DNA of 61,556 nucleotides, the filler included, from Choristocarpus tenellus KU-1152 (taxonomy: Eukaryota > Protista > Phaeophyceae): assembly GCA_964200185.2 (NCBI GenBank). It is 13 parts of 13 records of this genome, joined end to end, with 100 filler letters (N's around TTAATTAATTAA, not from the genome) between each part and the next. Parts side by side here need not be neighbours in the genome. Positions count along the whole stretch, not along the records: positions 52,963 to 58,348 come from CAXNAD020010958.1; positions 58,449 to 61,556 come from CAXNAD020022278.1; 11 more parts are not named here. One strand, given 5' to 3'. Below the pieces are notes generated by a model. It was given only the letters and a program-made list of their open reading frames with translations. It had not been told where the DNA came from and searched no databases. The translations under genes and the position numbers were made by a program. How positions within the stretch are numbered: the stretch's first letter is position 1; every line of letters starts with the position of its first letter. This document shows, one piece after another, positions 52,987-61,556 of this stretch.

Positions 52987-53364
52987 AAAAGGTTGACCCT
53001 TAGAAGTACTCATTTATCGGTATTGCCTTGGCGTCCTTCAGCTTTACTCACACATCGCTACTGCTGCCTTGGTCATAAGAAACGTGAAGGTCTTTTCTAC
53101 TACTCTGGAACCATTTTTTGTGCAGGAAGAATATTTAGACCGAGGAAGGAGAGGGAGGAATACATACTTGAGCAATGCGGCAAGGAATAAGGGGCTGGAG
53201 GGAACATTGCACGAAAAGGTACTTCTCTAAATATGGAGAATCTGCTCAATATAGTATTGGTCAATAGGATTCCTTTGCCTGGTAACCTTCCTACCCTCTC
53301 CATCTTGGCTTGATGCACTGACCTTGTGCGTATCTCTTAGTCAAATTCGAAAATCAACGACGAT

Positions 53365-53622
53365 GAGTCTAAGTATCTTAGAGGGTAGAACCGTGTTCAT
53401 TTGGGGTCAAAATCCAATGTTGCAATTTTGATGTGATTTTGGCTATCATTTTTGTTAGGAGATGTCAATATTCTTGTTCCAGACACACCTTTTCATAACT
53501 TACACATTTTACCTACTCCGAAACATTTTGGAGTAGGTAAAATGTCATCAAAAATCCGTGGGAAGCCAAGTCCCAAATAGGCAAACAGGGAAAAACTCGT
53601 ACCCTCTAAGATGCTTTCACCC
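53365..53622 (-). mobile_element. MITE subfamily A copy 5 (258 bp), TSD CGAT/CGAC
   Basis: cgat|gagtctaagtatcttagagggta...taccctctaagatgctttcaccc|cgac. Confidence 0.88.
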
Positions 53623-56600
53623 CGACAGCACTGCATTATTAGTTAAACCTAGTTCCTGAGCTAACTGCGAATTGCATCAACCCATTGAGCTAGCAAATGA
53701 TGGAGAATGGAGTGGCTCCCAGGATAAGGAGAACGGTTGGTTGCTGGAGGAGTCATATGTACTTTAGGCAGAACTATTTTGGTGCACTAGAGCTCGACAT
53801 CATTCGTCCTCTTTCCGTGGCGATGGGCAATCACCAAGTCCTCTTTTTTGTCGTTCACTGTTGAAGCTGGCTGTAGGGCACACATAATAAGGTGGAAGAT
53901 GATACGCTGATATCGTCAAGCAACCAGCAATGCCTGCAAAAAAGATTGTCGAGTTACCCTCTCACATTTTGGTTATGAATTTTATCTCTCTGGAGACTTG
54001 GTCATTTCTACTCAGTGGCGGTGGTGGTAATACTTGCTGACAGAGCTCTTCTTCTACTCTTGTAAGTTGGGGCTGGATGGTAGGTGTACGCAGCACCTAA
54101 ATGGACAGTGCTGCCTGCATTAATTGTACGAGTTCGAGCCCCCTCAAAGTCAGACTCTTTTCCGGAAAATGAGGATTCGATTATCCACAGTACACGTGGG
54201 AAGTACAAATGACTGTACAGCTGTACTGTCCTAACTGTTGCCATACGACAAAAGCATGGGAGGCCCAGACGAGCTTTGCAAGGCTTCAGTTGGGAGTGGT
54301 GCTGAGCGGTCCAGCACAAGAATTGAGGGAGGAGGTGGAGCCACGAGCTGTGGGAAGGCGGAACCCAACGTTTGAGAAGCAAAGCATTAGCAGGGGCAGT
54401 GCAATTAGCGGTGATGCAAGATGTAGTTACAGAGGGTAATGTCCCTGCCCACGTGTTGAGATAGACCCTAGGCCAACATGAAGGATAGTCAATACAATAC
54501 TCCTCAACATTCATATATTGAGTACAAAACCCTGTGACACAGTAGTGGTGGTATCTAAACACTGTGATGGATTCCAACTGCTAACCTCTGGGACGTCTCG
54601 TGCAAGGGAGTTTACAATCACTTCAATTGCACTTTTTGCACTCAACTGCTGAGCTTCAAACTTCTACTTTTAAGTACTCTGGAGTACATATTTCGCTCAG
54701 TGAGTCAATAATATCTAGAACTCTTTGATGTACAAGTACTCTCTACTGTTATGTAAATTGAGGTTCAATATCAGCACAAGGTGTGTATCTCCACTCGTTT
54801 TGACTACATGTAGAAATATCTTGCAAGCCCAGTTCTCCTACACCTTTTTCAGTGGATGCTGGCTTTGCAGTACCCCTTCATGTACCATCTAGTTGCTCCC
54901 CTTGCTCTTCTATATTGCTGTCGTCTCCTCACCAACATGCTTGTGTATATCCTCCAGGAGTGAGTCAAGTCAACCAAGCTTTATATGGGCGAAGGATTCC
55001 TGCTTAGTCGACTTAGACGGAGGATAGCTGTCCTCTTACACATATGTGTTTCCACTGTCTTGGAACCTAAGAAGCGTATCTTATGCCCCACCTTGTGTTT
55101 ATTTCAAGTCAATATACCATCACCGCGCGACCTTCTTTATAATCCTATCTATTCCACCTCCGTGGGCACCATAGTTTGACCTTCTTTTCAAAAGCGCCTT
55201 GCTTAAGTTGACGATGAAGTGAGACATCTACCTTGCCCAACCTCAATCGTGCCCACTCCCACTAACACCAGAGTTGCACCACATACACGGTGGGGGGGCA
55301 TATCCAAAGGCACAGTAGAACTAAGAAAGGTCTCGGGTCAGCCACACAGTTGCGTGTTTTCCCTACACCCTAAGCCCCATCAACAAAATTCAATGTCTAA
55401 TATGCACTAAACGTACAGACAGATAACATGAAAAACACAATATATCTCATGTCCTCTCCAAACTTGTTGAAGCACGGGCCAAAACTAACCTTCTAAACAA
55501 TGACACGACAATCAACCATGCAAGCAACCCCCTGCTTTTCCCTGTTGCATCCACGTTTGAGGTGAGAGCAAGAGCATGTGGGCTGTTCACTAGCAGCAGC
55601 TAACACTTCTCATACCTTTTGTTTTTCGAAGTGTTGCCACCAGGACAGCACAAGTCACAACCCCGTCACCTCTTTGCTTCACATAATAAAAATATATATA
55701 CTATTTTCTCTTGACTAGCAACAACGAGGCTGTGACTCTCTCCTTCACCAAGCCACGGAAACGATCTATTTACGAGGTAAACCCCTCCACCAATCGCCAA
55801 CGTTCTAGTCCACTAGGCAACAGCACAAAGCACGGCATATCTTCGGGGCCAAAGGGATCACATTACTCCCTCCCAGTCACATCATATGGGTAATGCCTTC
55901 GATAAGAACCTTACACTGCATAAGAAACTATCAGGGTCAAGACCCACAACAGGTGAAGATTTCTTATTTGCGTTATATAGCACAAACGTCTTAGGGCATA
56001 CAAGGGTGCTGAAGGGATCGGATGCGGTGTTGTAGATCTAGATTACAACACCCACTACCAAACCTCCCCTCATTGACACTTCATTGTACACACCCCTTCC
56101 TCCCCATGGGACAAACAGGAGGGCAGCGGCACGTTTTGTCTGCGGTCGTTACCCTTCTCTCAACCTTCCATTATCAGCGTCCCCATTGTTGCCATTGTTA
56201 TAAGGGGCTTTCCACGGTCACTATTGTTGTTGTTCCTCCCTAGCCAATTCCGCTGCTGCCATCTGTGGGTGGAGCAGGGCATTTCCACATGTCACCTTGT
56301 GTGTGTGTGTGTTAGTCCGTTGGATAGGGGGTAAATCGAACAAATGACCCAATCAAGGAGGACAGGACCTGTGTACCGAGAGAAATAGACAAAATAATAA
56401 TCTCATCTTCTTGTCTTATGCCCATGACACAGAAGAACTTGAACTACTTCAGGAAGGTAGGGATACTCATTTCAGGGTATGATTTACTTAAAATGTCAAT
56501 GTGTGTTAATGTTAGCTCTCTTGGTATGTACAGTAGTCAAGCGTCTCATCTCCCTTTGGGCTTGCTTTAGTATGGGCATCGATTGGCATTTGTTGCACCT

Positions 56601-57386
56601 TTTTATCCTGCCTACCCTAACCCTAACACTGAAGATCTACAAAGAGCGTTCATATTTGAGTATTCAACAACATGTAACACCAAGAGGGGAAAAAAAACAG
56701 AATCCGGAGTACATGGGAAGTAGCAAACAAGATGCATTGAGTAATATGGAAAGCATGGGCGCAGCATTTATCCTCATATTCTACTTATGCATTTGAGACA
56801 TCCTGAAGCACGTATTTCTTGTACCTGCTCTTCTTATAGCGGGCCGTTCATTCTAGCATGAATACGGAGTCAAAAGTAAACTAGAGGTACCCAGAGCTGC
56901 ATTACAAGGATGCTGACAAATGTGTGCAAGAGTCAGCATTTTTTACAGTTGTGAACAGGACATTTTCTGAATCTTGTTGGAAAGGTTTCAAACAACAGAG
57001 AAACAAATGATCTCAAGTCAAACCTTGAACTTCATCCACAAAAATATGGGTGAATTACAAGAGATTGAAAAACAGACTATGAACGGAAAACGGATAAAGC
57101 CTGGGCACCTCTCGTTTACATTGGCTCACGCCAGATAATAGAAGGAGAAGCACAAGAAGATCGCTCTCGACGTGTTTCAAAGGCATAAAACGTCTGATGT
57201 TGGAGAGTGCCTCCTTTTCCTCATCATTTTTTCCAAAGTATATGGAGGTTTGTTTTTGTTCCTATCCACGCACTCTGTGTTCCATTCTACCTTATATTTC
57301 ATCTTATCTCAATATAGTCCTGCTCTTGGCCACGCTATTTTTGGTGTTTTGGACCCTTTTTCCCACTTCACTGGAAAGCCACATAC

Positions 57387-57509
57387 CTTCTTCCTGCTGT
57401 TCTTTTGCCGGGCCTTCTTTGTCCGGGCCTTCTTTGTCCGGGCCTTCTTTGTCCGGTTTGTGGTCGTCTTTTTGCTCTCTTGTGACCGTTCCTGCACGGC
57501 ATCACAGAC
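57387..57509 (-). CDS. Orphan exon with basic TKKAR repeats
   Basis: cctag|VCDAVQERSQESKKTTTNRTKKARTKKARTKKARQKNSRKK|gtatgt, 123 bp, phase 0; 15-bp unit ccgggccttctttgt x3. Confidence 0.4.
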
Positions 57510-58274
57510 CTAGGCGACACGGGGGCACAAGCAAAGGGAAATAGTGAAACGTAGGGCAGCGAGGGCGAGTGCCGTCATCTGACACGAAGTTGTAGGTTCC
57601 ATAACATGTAAGAAGCACTATGATGAAATAGTCCAACGTACATTACTTCGGACAAGAATATCATGTGTCCATTAGTGAAACCAGAGATCACAGAGATTGC
57701 ATAAACAATTTCACTGCAGATGTAGACTAAAACCAATCATATCAAAGTGTCTTGCGTGGTCGTTTGTGTTGAAATGAGATTCTCTTGCCTTGACTTGAGT
57801 GGCGGGGTTGCACATGAGGGGCGCACTATGTAACACTACAACAAAACGCCTAGATTGATGAACTGGCAGCGATCGGAATCGGTGGCATCCGATAAGTCCA
57901 CATTTGTGATCATTTCTAATTGAAAGTACTCTGGAGTGCCCTAGAGTAGTCGGTTATCCGGTTGTTCTACACTCACGGCAAGATTGGATGGATGTCTATT
58001 CATGAGGATACACGAGATGCTCATTTCATGGTGAAGAGCATACCACTCTGAGTAAGAAAACATTTCATAGTTTGATATTGGTATCAAACCCACCACTCTA
58101 CCAAACCATTGTATCAAACGTTATTGTCATTTGATACTTCAGTAGTTTGATACTGAGTAGTTGTGGTCGGAAACGAGGGGATTTCGTCCTCATTGGTATC
58201 CACCCAACCCACAACATTAGCCCCCTCTAGATCTATATTTTGCGTACAGTATTCCTGTGTGGCTGCGGACAAGA

Positions 58275-58348
58275 GACTAAAAGTATCTGGGGGGGGGTGG
58301 GGGTCTACACCAGGGTGTCCACTTGGGTCATAATCAGGAAGAGTGCAT
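58275..58348 (+). mobile_element. MITE subfamily B left end, truncated by gap
   Basis: gactaaaagtatct-polyG-tctacaccagggtgtccacttgggtcataatcaggaagagtgcat; matches 9236-9305. Confidence 0.8.
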
Positions 58349-58448
58349 NNNNNNNNNNNNNNNNNNNNNNNNNNNNNNNNNNNNNNNNNNNNTTAATTAA
58401 TTAANNNNNNNNNNNNNNNNNNNNNNNNNNNNNNNNNNNNNNNNNNNN

Positions 58449-58468
58449 CCCCCCAGATACTTTGAGTC
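58449..58468 (-). mobile_element. MITE terminus (B/C type), truncated by gap
   Basis: ccccccagatactttgagtc. Confidence 0.7.
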
Positions 58469-60159
58469 AGCTGGCGTGGACAGGAGTAGTACTTACAGCA
58501 AAGCAGTGGCAGACCCAAGGGGTCTCCATGATGTTTTCGTCAGGGAGAAAGTTCAGTATGGGAGGAAGACAGCTGCACAGGAAGGAGTTTATCCAAAAAA
58601 TAGCACTTCTTCGTTGTCAGACCTTTTAAGTGCTGCTGGGGAGGCCATATGGAATAATGATTTTCTATTCAACTTTTAACCGGTTGGTCGATCTCAACTT
58701 GTGAAAAACTCATGTTACCTTCAACTTCCACAACGACAACAATAACGCAACATTAGGTTCCCAAAAAAAGATGGAAAGTGGTAACAGCTGGTAGTGTGCC
58801 TGGAGCATTGGCGAAGTGTAAGGAAGTTCAAAAACTACTATATATATATATACACATGCGAAAATTAGATGTCAAACAGATATTTTTCCTTTTTGAGAAG
58901 ACTCACAACGCGAGAAGCAAGGGCAGGAACAGAGCCAGAACAATTATTCAATCAAAGCAAAATAAAATTTCGTTAAAACTCCAGTGTGGTATGTCTGAGC
59001 AGTATGGTGCAGTGTGAAACGCCTCTAACCATGGATCAGGTTATTCCATAGAGTAATGTGGAGACAACAAATAATAACAGAAGTTGGTTTGAAAAGTATC
59101 GATTTTTCAACGTAAAGGGGATAGGACAAGTGAAGTGTTTCAAGCGCAGACTGTCGAGAGGCAGAATACTCCTAAGGCTGTGACGGGCCCGCCACACAAG
59201 CGAACAAGTAGTGGGACTGGTAACCCAGAATGCACTGTAAGGGTACAAATCTGGGGTAATCCTATCTGCCATTTAGCTGAACTGTCTCCATGTGGGATGA
59301 TGGGGATCTTTAGGATTCCCTCATAAAAAATGGAGCGGGTACAGCATTTTTCAACCACCACAATCTACCCACCGTTTCCATTGTAGAGAAAGAAAAGCAA
59401 CAAAGTATAAACCCTGTGCAGAGATAAGTGTAATGGGTTAATTCTTTGGGAGATAAGGATTGGGGACGTGATTCGTATATACATAGTACAGTATTTTCGA
59501 ACATTCCATTCTTCCAAATATATTGTGATTTTATGAATGGTCACGTATAGTGTTCTCGGCATTTAAGGCTATTCGATCGACCTATCACATACTAACTAAT
59601 CTAAAATGTAGAATATTTTCAAAATCTAGAAGATTTGTGGATAAAAACAATTCTAGAGCAATATACTTTTAATAAGGTAACATTGGCAAAAAGTGACTCT
59701 CACCGTCCAACTTCAAAACTCAAATTCTTTTCAAACTAAATGTTCAATTTTTTATTCTATACATTAGTCTCTAGTTTATATGATTTATTTCACAATTCAC
59801 AATAATATCTGAAAGGTAGTGCAAGTAAATGCACAAAAAAAACTCTGCGTTGAGAAATACAGTAAGATACAAATGAAATAAGAGAGAATCGTCTGAATGC
59901 GTTAACGCGTACAAACCTCTAGTCATATCAGACCCTTCGAGAACTCAAAAACATCGATCCTCACATGCCACAAATAATGATAAAGGAGAAAGGGAACCGA
60001 GAAAAGAGGTAGGTGATAAAAATTAACCCAAAATGAGAAACACGAAGAGAAAGCAGCATTTAGCAGGCAGTGGTGGTGGTGGTGGTGGCTGCTTCGGCTG
60101 CCTTACTTGCCGCTTCAGTATCATGTGTAAATCAGCTATCATGACTTTCTTCGGATCCT

Positions 60160-60900
60160 GGTTTGCCAAGAATCTCGTCGAGTAGTAGCCAGTCACACAT
60201 TCGTTCCACTATCTGTTGGTTGGTTTCCCTTGTGTTCCATCTCTCCACCGTGATCTACCAAACTTCCCAAGGTCGTCTTAAGGGCACATCCATCAGACCT
60301 TATCCTGTCCACCTTGCTTTCGTTTTCCATCTGTAAGTCCCCAAATATCAACGTCTTGAGAAATTATCCCCCATGTGTGCAACTGACCTGCAAATGGGGA
60401 TCTTTGTTCGCGTACACAGTCGCCTTAATACTGTCACACCCATACTTCAAGGAGGATTCTTTGTAGGATAAGTTCATCATCTGTGCATTCCCATTAGGTT
60501 CAATGTACTCTGAGTACAAGGAATTTGTGGAGATAGCAGTTAAGCTTGACATAGTGGACCTGGTGGAGTATCCACATCGTACAACCATATAACAGAACTT
60601 CAAGTACTTCAGTGATGAGTATCCGACTATTAACCTCAAGTGATACACCTGAGATCCTGCCATGCATCACTTGATTGGATTTACAGGAACTCAAGCTTCC
60701 TGGACCCTGCAGCGATAGTGGCTTAACCACTGGTGGTACCTCCAAGGTACACAAACTTATCATTCTGCTCATCATTCTGTCCCGGCGCCAGGACCTGCGT
60801 CATGTCTGTAGCCTTAATAGGAGACTGAAGACACATTTGGTCTCCGTCTTCTCAGACACAGTCACTCGGAATGACCTGATCACAACTCATGTTCACCATC
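60160..60900 (-). mobile_element. Decayed RTE-type non-LTR retrotransposon, RT C-terminal region
   Basis: Fragments RVTVSEKTETKC, GVSLEVNSRILITEVLEVLLYGCTMW..HYVKLNCYLHKFL, LSYKESSLKYGCDSIKATV and a downstream DDLGKFG, matching the RTE pattern LKxRxLxAEVLExxLYGCxTW. Confidence 0.75.
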
Positions 60901-61556
60901 ATCCTGCCCACTCTTCCTTGACTCTCAGAATATAATGCACTCTTCTTCCGCATAAATCACACCCCACAGGAGTTGCTCGAGTGTTAATCCACTCCCTGTT
61001 ACTCCTTCTCCTTTGACCTGGTTGTGTGTTGCTGCATTTTGACGGCAACAACATTGTTGAAGATTGCTGGGTCGGAGATGAACTCCTTAAGCTGCTGCAC
61101 CTAGCACCGCACAGAGAATACGTGGAATAAGATGGGAGCAAGAACACATGTTACAGGTGAATAGCGCGAGCATTTCTTCTCCTGTTTTAGCAAACACGAA
61201 CAGTTGTGACTGGCTAACAGTGCGACCTTTGTTTCTCGCGTTCTAACAAGTACGAATAATATATACGAGATTAATAACACATCGGTAGCCTTACAAAATA
61301 AATGCTGATTTCGTAGAAGATACAGAGTAAGATTCGTAATGCATACGTAACATTACAGAAGAAAACGTCAAAGTGTCTCAGAAGTTGCAGAATAAAGGTT
61401 TATGATTGGAGTACGTATAGAGCAGTTGCATAGAAGGCCAAAGAAATTGGGTGGATGATGAAAATAATAAGAGGGCTCTTGGTCAAATCCATTCCCCCTC
61501 TTCAAACAGTCTTTTATCTTGAACGAAGCATTGAGTCGAGCTTTGAGCTAAGCACT

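Noticed and set aside
54008-54577. 189-aa minus-strand Cys-rich ORF
   Set aside because: No coherent zinc-finger spacing or domain signature; unsupported.

Overview
Eukaryotic nuclear DNA with intron-rich genes and many decayed transposons. TTAGGG-type repeats and the style of the Copia, RTE and mariner relics suggest a photosynthetic stramenopile, probably a brown alga or close relative (inference). The window is not contiguous: it is 13 short contigs joined by 12 artificial 100-bp spacers (N44-TTAATTAATTAA-N44), so neighbourhood across gaps means nothing. Host gene fragments: DBP2/DDX5 DEAD-box helicase (-), VRK/CK1-group kinase (+), an RNI-like LRR protein (-), an EF-hand-like protein with a possible ciliary microtubule-inner-protein motif (-), and several orphan exons. 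Mobile DNA: two decayed Ty1/Copia elements, a mariner transposase relic, an RTE-type LINE relic and an unclassified repeat found in head-to-head pairs. Most notable is a very abundant family of small non-autonomous DNA transposons (at least 3 subfamilies, about 19 copies or ends) sharing a 14-bp terminus GRSTSAAAGTATCT and 4-bp target-site duplications (Sola2-like). CpG-rich gene starts contrast with CpG-depleted introns and TEs, which points to CpG methylation with CpG-island-like promoters.
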